Origin: Candidatus Moraniibacteriota bacterium
GTDB lineage: Bacteria; Patescibacteriota; Minisyncoccia; Moranbacterales; GCA-2747515
Assembly (NCBI GenBank): GCA_046116545.1
Contig: CP175956.1
Span: forward strand, 769,734-833,733
Length of the DNA stretch: 64,000 nucleotides
Direction: 5' to 3'
A program made the translations under genes and the position numbers. The notes below the pieces were generated by a model. The model saw only the letters and a list, made by a program, of their open reading frames with translations, made no database searches and had not been told where the DNA came from. Of this stretch, positions 19,609 through 29,845 are shown in pieces. How positions within the stretch are numbered: the stretch's first letter is position 1; each line of letters begins with the position of its first letter.

Positions 19609-20884
19609 ATAACTTCTGCATCAAGCCTTTTTTCCATTCCTTTACTCCTGTGATTTGATCTTGTTTTAATTGTATCACTTCATCAATAGAACTCAAGAAG
19701 TCTGCAATTTTTTGTTGCTCTAAAAATGATGGAAGATTTATTTTTAAAGTTTTCATATCGGAACCATAGACATGATAAACAGTAACACCAGAAACTAGTC
19801 TCATAATTTTTTTCTTATTAATATTAACCCAATACGCAAAAAAATTATTCAATACATCTTTGCCTCTAATAATAAGAATATCTCCGCCTAAAATAATATC
19901 TTTTTTACTCAAAGCGCTTGCTGTAGCTAAGCCATTTGGAGTTACATCGGATGTCGGCATTAAAATATCATTTTTTTCGCTTAAAAACATTTTTTCTTTC
20001 TCTAAATCAGTTTTTGAAATTATATTTGTTATAACCTCATTATATTTAATGAATAACTCACCATAATGAATACAAGCATTTTCACCATTGCTAATAATAT
20101 CATTTTTTGAAAGTCCCTTACCCTTCATAAAATTTGTAACATCTCCCAACCTCTTTTCCTCCCAATCAGCAAAAGCATTTCTATTCTCATCACGGAAGCG
20201 AATGTTTTGTGAGAAAATTTTTTGCATTATGCCTTTTTTGTATTTTTCCAATTCTTCTTTTTGTTTTTCCAAATTCGTAAGCCACTCATCCGCCTCACCC
20301 AAAAACCCCGCGATTTTTTGCTGCTCTGGAAGTATAGGCATTTTAATGGGCATTTTCATAAAATCAGACTGAATAATATTCATCCTGTCATGTCGCGCTC
20401 CATAATTGGCAATTCTGTACATGTGTCTATGCCATTTTTTAGTTTCAAAATATTTTTCTAAAAAAGACAAATCTCCTTGTTCTGGTTTTAAAACAGTATA
20501 CAACGGAGACATTACACCTTGTTTTAAATTATTTCTCTTTAATGGACCTACTGGAGCATACTTTGAAATTCGTGGATTATACACAAAATCATCAATATCA
20601 ACAATATAATAATTTGTTAAATTATTTTTATTTGCTATGTCTTTATCAAAGTAATCTCTTTGGCTGACAATGCCTTTTATTGCTGAATTAGTAAGAACAA
20701 AATCATATTCATCATTTAAATTTTTATTTGCATTCTTTTCAAAAACATCTTCCAACTCTTCCGCCTCCCAATCACCACTAAAACCACCAAACCGCAAAGT
20801 TGGCACATTTTTTTGTGCTTTTTTCTTTTTATTCCCCGCCAATGCCTGACAAGGTGTTTTTTTAATTTCTTTTGTCTGTGTCAT
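19601..20884 (-). CDS. hsdS: Type I RM specificity subunit S (start likely 20884)
   Basis: VPTLRF..FSGDW, two P..EQQKIA.FL conserved repeats, KKGLMQKLF. Confidence 0.95.
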   Translation of the reverse strand: MTQTKEIKKTPCQALAGNKKKKAQKNVPTLRFGGFSGDWEAEELEDVFEKNANKNLNDEYDFVLTNSAIKGIVSQRDYFDKDIANKNNLTNYYIVDIDDFVYNPRISKYAPVGPLKRNNLKQGVMSPLYTVLKPEQGDLSFLEKYFETKKWHRHMYRIANYGARHDRMNIIQSDFMKMPIKMPILPEQQKIAGFLGEADEWLTNLEKQKEELEKYKKGIMQKIFSQNIRFRDENRNAFADWEEKRLGDVTNFMKGKGLSKNDIISNGENACIHYGELFIKYNEVITNIISKTDLEKEKMFLSEKNDILMPTSDVTPNGLATASALSKKDIILGGDILIIRGKDVLNNFFAYWVNINKKKIMRLVSGVTVYHVYGSDMKTLKINLPSFLEQQKIADFLSSIDEVIQLKQDQITGVKEWKKGLMQKLFV

Positions 20885-20885
20885 A

Positions 20886-21362
20886 TTATTTTTTCTTTTT
20901 TTCACGAATATATTCATTTATAATTACAATTACATATATTGATGTTGCAATCCAAAATCCAAACTTCTCAACAGTATAAATATATATCAAAACTAATACA
21001 CAAATAATTATAAGGAGAACATACAAACCAGTTATAATTCTAATTATCCTTGATGGAGTAGATTTTTGGAAAAAGTATTTGAAAAATCGCTTCCAAAATG
21101 CAATATTTACATTTAAATTATTTTTATAGTCATAAATAAAAAAACCAAGAAAACCCCAAATAGCAATTATCATAGCAACCCAACTATACACTTGTCTGTG
21201 ATCAATCGTCCCCCAACTTTCATTGCCTGTGACAAAAACATCATAATAAGCATTTGCAAATAAAGTTAAAAGCAAACCCAAAAAAGACCCAATCACAATA
21301 CCCCATACAGCATATATTCGATCTTTTTTTTCTTTTTCTTGATTTTGAACTTCTTTTGTCAT
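20886..21362 (-). CDS. Hypothetical membrane protein (about 4 TM) between hsdM and hsdS
   Basis: Multiple hydrophobic segments; abuts both neighbours. Confidence 0.7.
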   Translation of the reverse strand: MTKEVQNQEKEKKDRIYAVWGIVIGSFLGLLLTLFANAYYDVFVTGNESWGTIDHRQVYSWVAMIIAIWGFLGFFIYDYKNNLNVNIAFWKRFFKYFFQKSTPSRIIRIITGLYVLLIIICVLVLIYIYTVEKFGFWIATSIYVIVIINEYIREKKKK

Positions 21363-21364
21363 AT

Positions 21365-22933
21365 TTAAAATGGTTTATTAATTTCTAATTCATCACAAAA
21401 CTCTGCAATATTTTCTTGCATTTTCTTTTCATCTTTTTGTAATTTTTGTAATTCTCTAGATACTACATCAATATCAATTTGCTCTTCTTCCTCAAATGTA
21501 TCTACATATCTAGGGATATTTAGATTGAAATCGTTTTCTTTTATTTCCTCTAGAGTTGCACAATGCGAATATTTTTCAATTTCTTTTCTGCCTGTATAAG
21601 TTTCAAAAATCTTTTGTAAGTTTTCATCTGTGAGATTATTTTGATTTTTACCTTTTTCAAATTCTTTTGACGCATCTATGAAAAAAATATTATCATCAGT
21701 ATGACGACATTTTTTAAATACCAAAACCGTAGCAGGAATAGAAGTTCCATAAAAAAGATTTGAAGGTAACCCTATAACCGCATCGAGTGAGTTTTGTTTT
21801 TCTATGATGTACTGGCGAATTTTACCCTCAGCTCCACCACGGAAAAGCACACCATGAGGTAATACCACAGCCATTGTGCCATTATCTGCTAAGTGATACA
21901 GCATATGTGTCACAAAACCAAAGTCAGCTTTGTTTTTTGGTGCTAATGCACCATACTGTGTAAATCGTTCATCTTCTGCAAGTACTGGATCATCAGAACC
22001 TTTCCACTTTGCGGAGAAAGGTGGATTAGCCACAAGCGCCTCAGCCTGCAAGTCTTCAAATAAGTCTGTTGTAAGTGTATCACCCTGCTTGATATCAAAA
22101 TTTGCATAATGCACATCATGCAAAAGCATATTCATCCTTGCAAGGTTGTATGTCGTACGATTAAGCTCTTGTCCGTAATAATTATCAACTTTAGTAAAAT
22201 CTTTAACACGAAGAAGTAATGAACCAGATCCACAAGTAGGATCATAGACAGCTTTAATACGCTTTTTATCCTGAGTTACAATCATTGATAAAAGTTGAGA
22301 AACTTGTGCAGGAGTATAAAACTCTCCACCCTTTTTACCAGCACCAGCAGCAAACTTCCCAATTAGATATTCATACGCATCTCCCAACACATCACTCTTT
22401 GCGTCTTTAAGTTGAAAATCAATTTCATCAAGGTGTGAAAGAATATCTGTAATAATTTCATTTTTATCTTTTTCAGTTCGTCCTAGTTTTGCAGAAGTAA
22501 GGTCAACATCTTCAAATAATCCGATAAAGTCATCTTCACTGTCATTTCCCACAGCAGTTTGTTCAATATTATTTAGCACACTCTTGAGATCTTCCAATAT
22601 AAAAGAATCTTCTCCCTCAATCTCTCCACGTCCTTTTTTGACAAGATGTTCAAAGAGTTCAATAGGCTCAAGAAAGAATCCTAAAGAATCCAGTGAACGC
22701 CTGCTAATAACTTGCAACATATCATCATTTTTACCACTAATGAGCGAAGAATACTTAACTTTATCAGTCTTCAAGAGATCATCAGCATACGCCTGCTGTT
22801 TTTCACTAAGATACTTATAAAAAATAAATCCCAAGATATAATTTTTATACTCATCAGCATTCATCTTACCCCGCAATAAATCAGCAATATTCCAAAGTTG
22901 TTTCTCTAATTGTCTCTTATGTTCCGCTGTCAT
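21365..22933 (-). CDS. hsdM: Type I RM methyltransferase subunit M (start likely 22933)
   Basis: LWNIADLLRGKM, GEFYTP, YDPTCGSGSLL, NPPF, LPHGVLFRG, FNLNIPRYV. Confidence 0.97.
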   Translation of the reverse strand: MTAEHKRQLEKQLWNIADLLRGKMNADEYKNYILGFIFYKYLSEKQQAYADDLLKTDKVKYSSLISGKNDDMLQVISRRSLDSLGFFLEPIELFEHLVKKGRGEIEGEDSFILEDLKSVLNNIEQTAVGNDSEDDFIGLFEDVDLTSAKLGRTEKDKNEIITDILSHLDEIDFQLKDAKSDVLGDAYEYLIGKFAAGAGKKGGEFYTPAQVSQLLSMIVTQDKKRIKAVYDPTCGSGSLLLRVKDFTKVDNYYGQELNRTTYNLARMNMLLHDVHYANFDIKQGDTLTTDLFEDLQAEALVANPPFSAKWKGSDDPVLAEDERFTQYGALAPKNKADFGFVTHMLYHLADNGTMAVVLPHGVLFRGGAEGKIRQYIIEKQNSLDAVIGLPSNLFYGTSIPATVLVFKKCRHTDDNIFFIDASKEFEKGKNQNNLTDENLQKIFETYTGRKEIEKYSHCATLEEIKENDFNLNIPRYVDTFEEEEQIDIDVVSRELQKLQKDEKKMQENIAEFCDELEINKPF

Positions 22934-23070
22934 AAATATATTTTTTTTAGCAATCAATATTACAATTGTACTCTCTCTACAACTTTAATTCAAACGTTTA
23001 TAAATAATTTATTTAAAATACTTACTCTTACGCTCAAATTTAGAACGTAGGAGTAAAAATTAAAAAATAT

Positions 23071-23229
23071 TTATGCATTTTCTTCTTCAATTTTTTCATT
23101 GATTTTTGTTAATTCTTCATGAACTTTTTTTAATACACTATCTAAATGAATTGTACCTCCACCTCTTGCATACTCCTTAGTGATTTCAACAGTCATTTCC
23201 AATATTTTACGCTCACTATGTTTCCTCAT
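23071..23229 (-). CDS. Unlisted 52-aa protein MRKHSERKILEMTVEITKEYARGGGTIHLDSVLKKVHEELTKINEKIEEENA
   Basis: ATGA overlap with the dinD stop; strong SD GGAGGTG about 10 nt upstream. Confidence 0.65.
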   Translation of the reverse strand: MRKHSERKILEMTVEITKEYARGGGTIHLDSVLKKVHEELTKINEKIEEENA

Positions 23230-24047
23230 ATCGACTTGTCACCTCCCTCCAGTTTCTTTTTATCACTTCTGTTCTTCAATAATGTCTTTGCTTTTCCTAT
23301 TCCATCGGTTGTAGGAAGCTCTTCTGGCATTGTGCCACCAAGCTCTTCAATTGTTTTACGAACTTTCTGCCCTACATCATAATGTGTAAGATTTGCATTC
23401 ATCTCATTTTTCACATTCTCTCTACGAAGTTTAGCATCTGCTTGTGTTGTGCGAAATAGATTAGCTGCCAATTCCTCACTGCCCATATGATCAAGTATCT
23501 GTTGTGATTTTTTTAACTTTTTATTTGTTTTTATATCTCCAGAATCCAACCCTCCATACAATCCCTTATATCCATAATTCTGAAATTTGCCATAATTTTC
23601 TACACCTGCATCACTTGCCGCCTCTGCGAGTGATGTATTATGTTTTTTAATTTCATCACGTAATTGTACTCTTTTATTATCTTCTATCAGCTCATCAGTT
23701 TTTTCTTGTCGTCGTGTCTGAATTGCAAAATATGTTTGACCAAGTGCCACGACCTCCTTGCTTGGATCTGAATTTTGAATAATAAGATAACAAGCATATC
23801 TAGAAAGATATACGGTATCAACTGAACGCTCAGCACCAGAACCAATCTTGACCATTTCGTCCACATGGGCAAAATGGGTGTGGATAACTTCTCCACTCTT
23901 CTCACATGCTAATTTAGCCTTTTCGATAACATTCAAAAATTTACTATAATTTGAATAATCCAAAGCTTTTGCAAGATCACGAGAAGACCAAAAATCACTC
24001 CCATACTCATTAACTTGCTTAATTTTTTCAAAAATTACTTGTGTCAT
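23226..24047 (-). CDS. dinD: DNA damage-inducible protein D (BRO-N)
   Basis: FWSSRDL, LSRYACYLIIQN.DP.K, QTYFAIQTRRQE, LDHMGSEELAANLFR, LGGTMPEELP. Confidence 0.92.
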   Translation of the reverse strand: MTQVIFEKIKQVNEYGSDFWSSRDLAKALDYSNYSKFLNVIEKAKLACEKSGEVIHTHFAHVDEMVKIGSGAERSVDTVYLSRYACYLIIQNSDPSKEVVALGQTYFAIQTRRQEKTDELIEDNKRVQLRDEIKKHNTSLAEAASDAGVENYGKFQNYGYKGLYGGLDSGDIKTNKKLKKSQQILDHMGSEELAANLFRTTQADAKLRRENVKNEMNANLTHYDVGQKVRKTIEELGGTMPEELPTTDGIGKAKTLLKNRSDKKKLEGGDKSI

Positions 24048-24104
24048 ATTTGATTTGTATTTTAATTATTAAAAATAGAAGAAATGTCCATCTACATCCC
24101 ACAA

Positions 24105-24764
24105 CTATGATTTCAACACATCAATTACCTTACCATTAACAATTAAATCATCCTCTTCGGTTAAATATATTGGTAAAAATTCTTCTTCAGTTGAACAAGG
24201 GAAAAGACCAATTCTATCCTGTTCTACATATCGCAACAGTTTTATTGTAGCAAGCCCATCGATAACAGCTAGTACAGGTATATTATTGTCATTTATAGAA
24301 GGCTTGTAACCACCATCAACTAGAACAAAGCTTCCATCTTCAATATTATTCTCGCGCACTTTATAATTATTCATAGATTCTCCAGATGCCTGAATTGCAA
24401 AAAGGTTTTTAATATTTTTTTGTCCAACAATACTTTTTGAAACTTTCAATGTTCCCTGCCTATATTGCTCAGCTACAATACTTGCAATTCCACAATTTGC
24501 ACTACCATATACAGGAATATCAACAAATAACATCTTCCCCTGGTCAAGTAACTCTAAAGCTTTTGTATGTGAATTTCTCCGCACGACACCAGCATCTTTC
24601 AAATCATTCAAATATTTATGCACAGTTCTTGGGCTATTCATATCATATCCGCTAGACCGCAATTCGTCTCTAAGTTCCCGAATAGATGGCATTACGCCAT
24701 TCTCTCGGAAAAAACTTTTCAGAGAACTGAGAACTATCTCATGTTTTTTGGTAAGATTTTTCAT
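24105..24764 (-). CDS. lexA: LexA-like repressor (wHTH + S24 peptidase)
   Basis: PSIREL HTH, IPVYGSANCG cleavage region, GESM Ser, ATIK Lys. Confidence 0.82.
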   Translation of the reverse strand: MKNLTKKHEIVLSSLKSFFRENGVMPSIRELRDELRSSGYDMNSPRTVHKYLNDLKDAGVVRRNSHTKALELLDQGKMLFVDIPVYGSANCGIASIVAEQYRQGTLKVSKSIVGQKNIKNLFAIQASGESMNNYKVRENNIEDGSFVLVDGGYKPSINDNNIPVLAVIDGLATIKLLRYVEQDRIGLFPCSTEEEFLPIYLTEEDDLIVNGKVIDVLKS

Positions 24765-24769
24765 TTTAT

Positions 24770-24799
24770 CTGTTTACTACTGTTTACATAACTGTATCC
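24770..24799. promoter_or_regulatory. Candidate LexA operator (direct repeats)
   Basis: ctgtttac-ta-ctgtttac plus degenerate ctgtatcc immediately upstream of the lexA ATG. Confidence 0.35.
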
Positions 24800-24831
24800 A
24801 TCATCACATATTTTTAAAATATCGTCAACAT

Positions 24832-24874
24832 AAAAAAATAAAAAAGCTGAAGTTCAATTGATGAACTTCAGCTT
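24832..24874 (-). terminator. Intrinsic terminator
   Basis: aagctgaagttca/tgaacttcagctt stem with U-tract after the 24888 gene. Confidence 0.75.
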
Positions 24875-24887
24875 GTATACACTTTAT

Positions 24888-25679
24888 CTATTGATATTTA
24901 TCAATCATATTAATCATTTTGATAAGATATTGTCCTGCCATATCCCAATTTACAGGATCTAATGCGTTACCACTCTCCCTCAGTTTACCCTGTGCATCAA
25001 CACTGATATTGTTATGGGATTGCATGACTGGTTCAGATAACTGATATGTCTCTGGACCAAGTCCACCCGCAATACTGATGCCGATATCTGGTAAATCATT
25101 TTGAATTGCTTCAATAAATGGAATAAGTGATGGTGCGTCCATACCGATTCCACGCCCCATACTTTTATCCAAGAGGACACGATGCAAAACTTCATCATAT
25201 GCATATTTACCAAGTCTATCCACAAGTGCACGTGGATTGTTATCAATCTCTTCAAATGCTTGCTTACCGATTTGCAAAATGATTTCTGGATGTATTCCTG
25301 AGTCAGTAATAGCTGCAAAAATCTGATGTCTATCAGGCCAAACTAAATCTAGTTGTAAGGCGTGCATATATTTGCCACCATATATAATTGCCAATCTCAA
25401 ACTTTTCCACAACTCTGGACGTTTTTTACTATCTGCATAATGCAAACAATACATAACATCATCTGCATAATCACCATCAAATATAGATGCGATTACTTCA
25501 TTACGTGGGAATGCATCTGTCCACTTTGTTGGCCATCCATGAAGAGTTTTGTAACTCATCATCACACCAACATGCAATTTGTATTGAAAATTGCCTGGCT
25601 CATGAGAATTAAAGACTTTTGCCATAGCAACTACTTCTTTGACGTCCATAAAATCAGTAATGCCAACATATGGTTGCAT
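24888..25679 (-). CDS. TrpF/PRAI-like TIM-barrel hypothetical protein
   Basis: LLDKSMGRG, IAGGLGPE, SVDAQGKLR resemble the PRAI C-terminal motifs. Confidence 0.55.
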   Translation of the reverse strand: MQPYVGITDFMDVKEVVAMAKVFNSHEPGNFQYKLHVGVMMSYKTLHGWPTKWTDAFPRNEVIASIFDGDYADDVMYCLHYADSKKRPELWKSLRLAIIYGGKYMHALQLDLVWPDRHQIFAAITDSGIHPEIILQIGKQAFEEIDNNPRALVDRLGKYAYDEVLHRVLLDKSMGRGIGMDAPSLIPFIEAIQNDLPDIGISIAGGLGPETYQLSEPVMQSHNNISVDAQGKLRESGNALDPVNWDMAGQYLIKMINMIDKYQ

Positions 25680-25829
25680 ATCACTCCTCCACTTTCAAAA
25701 AATGTTAAAAGATATAATATATCTGTTGTTAAAAAAACTATCAAGGTATATTATCACATATTTATATCTTTATCAAACAAAAAATATCCATTTAATGGAT
25801 ATTTTCATAATTAGATATAGCAAAGTGAT

Positions 25830-26131
25830 ACACTAAGATTCCTGCCTTCGCAGGAATGACATAAGATGAAAACATCCAGTGATACTGCTAGTTTTTGAGA
25901 ATAACAAAAAACACCCAACCAATGAGTGTTTTATTTCTAGCAAGTTCCTGAATCAAGTTCAGGATGACATTTACATGTCATAATCTTTTGCGGTTAGTCC
26001 TTATCGATACTATTACCTTTGAGCCGTACATTACAATTATGTATATAAAAGATACATAATCGACCAAAATGGGTTTTAAGAACTTGATGTGACCATCAAC
26101 TCTTTCACCTTTACGCCCTAGAAAGGAGGTG
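25830..26131 (-). repeat. Second copy of the 16S 3' terminus and trailer, plus REP modules
   Basis: 25976-26131 matches 33277-33432 (3 substitutions, 2 single-base indels); 25830-25861 equals 33241-33272; 25903-25929 matches 33184-33210. Confidence 0.92.
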
Positions 26132-26254
26132 TTTGGGACCTGACATAACACGCAAAATTGTGCAAAAAACTACTATAACAACTGAGATGAGTTTGATAAA
26201 TTAAATTACTGTTTTATATAGTCATTCTACTGCATAGCCAATAAAATGCAAATG
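26122..26254. repeat. Direct repeat R, copy 1 (left border of RiPP cluster)
   Basis: First 53 bp identical to 31634-31686; similarity continues to 31766 (offset 5512). Confidence 0.92.
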
Positions 26255-26411
26255 CTAATAAAAAACCCTTATTTAAAACTATTATTAAAAATTCTATCCA
26301 CATTGCGTTATCTAATATCTGTGTTAAAATTCGAAGTAATTGAATTATTTATCAATGAAAAACTAAAATATAGCATCTTTTTATTTTAAAAATGTTAATA
26401 TACATTATGAT

Positions 26412-27353
26412 ATGAAAATTAGATTAAACAATTTAAATAACATTATTATTTTACCTGATAAAGTTATTGTTGACACAAATGACAACATTATATCAATTGC
26501 CGATGTCTCTTGTATAAACGTTATAAAAAAACTTTTAGATCAAAAACTAAATGGGGGGAATTCCGTTTTGGTTCTTAATAAAAAACAGTTAAACAATGAA
26601 AGCATCAAATTATTACTTAAAGAAAATATTTTTTTGGATACAGAAGAACATTCCATTAAAGAAGTCCTCCAATTATTTAATTTTTTCAGTAACCCTAATA
26701 TAAATAATATTGAAATACCCTATAAGCAATCATTAGAAATAACAAAATCCGTACACAAAAAAAATATTCCTTGGATTTCTGAAAAAAAACCTACTGTGGC
26801 AAGATATTCTCATAGAGATTTTTCTGACAAAAAAATTACTAAATCATCATTAAAAAAAATTGCAAAAACAAGTTATGGACTCTTATGGCAACAAAAAACT
26901 AGTCCATTTATTTCTCATACCCCCATAGCTTCAGCTGGCGCACTAAATCCTTTAAGGTTATTCTTTATTATTAAGGAACAAGAAATATTTAAAGTAGTTT
27001 ATTTTAATAAAGAATCAAATACTTTTGACTCACATTTTCAACTATCCATACAAGACTTCAAAGATTGTTTAGTTGAAGACTTGCATCCAGGATGTCTAAA
27101 TGCACCTTATTTTGCACTGATCGCAAGCGATTTAAGTTTTATTTGTGCTAAGTATGGATACAGAGGATTACAATATTCAATTTTAGAAGGCGGAGCACTC
27201 TCACATCAACTAAGTGCCTCTATGTTAAAAGAACAAATATATTCAGTTCATTTAGGTGGTTTTTATGAAGAAAGAATACAAAATAAATTAAATTTTCAAA
27301 AATTTTCAAACACCGTTCCTTTATTGCTAATAGCTTTTGGATATAAGAAATAA
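26412..27353 (+). CDS. SagB/McbC-type FMN azoline dehydrogenase (nitroreductase fold)
   Basis: RYSHRDFS FMN motif, ASAGALNPL, KYGYRG..Y..LEGG (Lys-Tyr motif); adjacent to YcaO. Confidence 0.88.
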   Translation: MKIRLNNLNNIIILPDKVIVDTNDNIISIADVSCINVIKKLLDQKLNGGNSVLVLNKKQLNNESIKLLLKENIFLDTEEHSIKEVLQLFNFFSNPNINNIEIPYKQSLEITKSVHKKNIPWISEKKPTVARYSHRDFSDKKITKSSLKKIAKTSYGLLWQQKTSPFISHTPIASAGALNPLRLFFIIKEQEIFKVVYFNKESNTFDSHFQLSIQDFKDCLVEDLHPGCLNAPYFALIASDLSFICAKYGYRGLQYSILEGGALSHQLSASMLKEQIYSVHLGGFYEERIQNKLNFQKFSNTVPLLLIAFGYKK

Positions 27354-27355
27354 CT

Positions 27356-29122
27356 ATGATACTCAAATATACTAACAAACTTAATACTTCTGCATTACTA
27401 ATCATAGAAAATGAAGATAATATATTTTTTCTTTTACCTGAAAAAATAATTATATTTGAAAAAATTGATAATTTCATAGACAGCCTTGAAAAAAATAATA
27501 TTGAAACTATACGAATTTTGAAAAAATATGATTTATTCAATACTAAGAAAAATGATTATATTCTTTTAAATAAATCTAAAAAGCAGTTTGGCAATGAAGT
27601 CTCAAAAAGAAAATGTGATTATTCAAATGAAATACTCTTAGCTTATTATGTTTTTACAAAAAATATTAACGACATAACAAGAAAAATCATTTTATCATCA
27701 TTCTCCAAAAAAAACCCAGAATATAATTATATACTAAAAAATATTTTACAAAAAAATAATCTTATATACGCAAAAATTTCTTTATTTCAAAAAATAACCC
27801 CGCACCTTACTGATTCAAAAAAATATACTTCTAAAATTAACATACCACAGCTATTTTCAACTCAAACCATAAATGATAAAACAAAATTATTTTCTTCAAT
27901 TGGTCCAATTATAAACATTCAAAGGGCAGAACCTCAAAAAAATATTTCTACTTTACAGAGTTATTTAGCCACATATAGAGTTCCTTCTCTAGAAAATTCT
28001 CATATACATGAAAATTATAGCTCAAATGGATATGACTCTAATGAAAATATAGCGCTACTCAAATCCGTTGCAGAAGCTCATGAAAGATTCTCATCAGGAT
28101 ATATAGATAAAAACCAGATAGTCAAATTGGATACAAAAAAATTATTGGATATGGATAGAATTTATAAATATTTAGGAATTTCAAAAAAAAAGTTTTTAAA
28201 CAATGAATATATTTGCATCCCACCTAAATCAAAAACATATCCAACAATTAAGGGTAATGTACTGAATGCTGACCTAGAATGGTATGCTCCAATTGATATA
28301 GTCAAATTTCCATATCGACCAGAATATTTTGATAGATTTACATTTGCAAACTCATCAGGAGTTGCTGCTGGCAAGGATTATGCTGATGCATGCATAAGAG
28401 CACTTTTTGAATACTCGGAAAGACATTTTTTAATGAAACATTGGTTATTTGAAATACCTTTTAAAAAAATAAATAAGACTAGTCTTCCGTTAGATATTCA
28501 AGATTATATTAAATCACTGGAAAAAAAAGACACTGGAAAAATAATTGTTGCTACAATGAATTGTAATATAAACCCTCATATTGTAGCAATGTACATAAAT
28601 AAAGAATCTTGGCCAGCATTTCACATATGTGCATCAGCTGACTCAAATAAAGAAAGCGCTCTTAAAAAGGCACTGGACGAATTAGCTAACACTATTATTT
28701 TTTGTCCACTATTCCGAGAAAAAATAAATTTAGCCCCCGAAGATGTTGTAGGAGCTCGTGAACATTATAGTTTTTATCATGATCCTGATAATTTTAAAAC
28801 CATCGACAATAAAAACCTCCTAACAAAAAAATCTATTTGTTGGACTGATGTCCCAACATCTACAAATATAAACTCGAAATTCACTGATGCAAAATTAAAA
28901 AATTTAGTTCAACAAATGACAACTGAATTTGGTGAAATTACAGCTTTTGATGTAACATCTCCTGAAACAAAAAATTTTTATTTAACTGTCGTAAAAATTA
29001 TAACTGAAAAAGGTATTCCTCTCTGGTTTGGAAATTCTGATCTGCCCCTAAATAAAGAAACTATCAAATTAAAAAATAAACAAATTAAAAATTCATTTAT
29101 CAATATACATCCATTAGGTTAG
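27356..29122 (+). CDS. YcaO-family cyclodehydratase with N-terminal extension
   Basis: KSVAEAHER, NSSGVAAG...ALFEYSERH ATP-binding motifs, ALDEL, C-terminal IHPLG. Confidence 0.9.
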   Translation: MILKYTNKLNTSALLIIENEDNIFFLLPEKIIIFEKIDNFIDSLEKNNIETIRILKKYDLFNTKKNDYILLNKSKKQFGNEVSKRKCDYSNEILLAYYVFTKNINDITRKIILSSFSKKNPEYNYILKNILQKNNLIYAKISLFQKITPHLTDSKKYTSKINIPQLFSTQTINDKTKLFSSIGPIINIQRAEPQKNISTLQSYLATYRVPSLENSHIHENYSSNGYDSNENIALLKSVAEAHERFSSGYIDKNQIVKLDTKKLLDMDRIYKYLGISKKKFLNNEYICIPPKSKTYPTIKGNVLNADLEWYAPIDIVKFPYRPEYFDRFTFANSSGVAAGKDYADACIRALFEYSERHFLMKHWLFEIPFKKINKTSLPLDIQDYIKSLEKKDTGKIIVATMNCNINPHIVAMYINKESWPAFHICASADSNKESALKKALDELANTIIFCPLFREKINLAPEDVVGAREHYSFYHDPDNFKTIDNKNLLTKKSICWTDVPTSTNINSKFTDAKLKNLVQQMTTEFGEITAFDVTSPETKNFYLTVVKIITEKGIPLWFGNSDLPLNKETIKLKNKQIKNSFINIHPLG

Positions 29123-29134
29123 TCAAACTTAAAT

Positions 29135-29845
29135 TTACGCTTTTGTACAATCACTTACACTTATTTTTTTTGCAATTATCAGCTCACCAGCTGAATAATA
29201 ATTACCTTTCCAAGCTAAATTAAAAGCTGATAAACTTATTACCGTTTCTTTATGATAAGGAAGTCCTGGATCACTGATTAATATTTCATCCTTTTTCGTG
29301 TTCAATCCTACTATTAATATATAATGACCCCCTATTTCTTTACTGGCTTCATCATACAATACAAATGGATTTACACCTGCCATAATGAAAGAATTGTTGT
29401 TATTGTTAATGATTTTTTTTATATCTCGATAACCATCATCTTTCATAACAACACCTGCATCATATGCTAATTTAACAGCTTTATGATAATTATCCATATT
29501 GAAATATTTTTCCAAATATTGTATAGCATCAATTCCCATGATATCAATTCCATGTGTATATATCTGCGCCCAGCTTACTGGCATCGGAATATTCATGATA
29601 ACCTGCATCCCCTCTTTAGCTAAAACATATGCTGCTATTGCTTGAATTGTGTTTTCTTTTATATCTCTCTCCCTGAATAAGAAACTATCTAACTGCACAG
29701 GGTCTTTGTATACAGACTTATTTTTGTAAGCATTGATAATTCCAGCTACGCAGGCAGCTACACAACGACTATTATCTGTCGAGTTTTTTAGAGCAAAATA
29801 ATATTTACTGTCATTTAATTTATTGAACATACCAAGTAGTTCCAT
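29135..29845 (-). CDS. C39-like papain-fold cysteine peptidase
   Basis: CVAAC (Cys), GGHYILIVG (His), ISDPG (Asp), ..F..AW pattern; overlaps the cysS end. Confidence 0.78.
   Translation of the reverse strand: MELLGMFNKLNDSKYYFALKNSTDNSRCVAACVAGIINAYKNKSVYKDPVQLDSFLFRERDIKENTIQAIAAYVLAKEGMQVIMNIPMPVSWAQIYTHGIDIMGIDAIQYLEKYFNMDNYHKAVKLAYDAGVVMKDDGYRDIKKIINNNNNSFIMAGVNPFVLYDEASKEIGGHYILIVGLNTKKDEILISDPGLPYHKETVISLSAFNLAWKGNYYSAGELIIAKKISVSDCTKA

Noticed and set aside
26133-26204. 23-codon plus-strand ORF in repeat R after AAAGGAGGTG (also in copy 2)
   Set aside because: The TTG start is only 1 nt from the SD-like sequence; frame conservation is explained by repeat identity.
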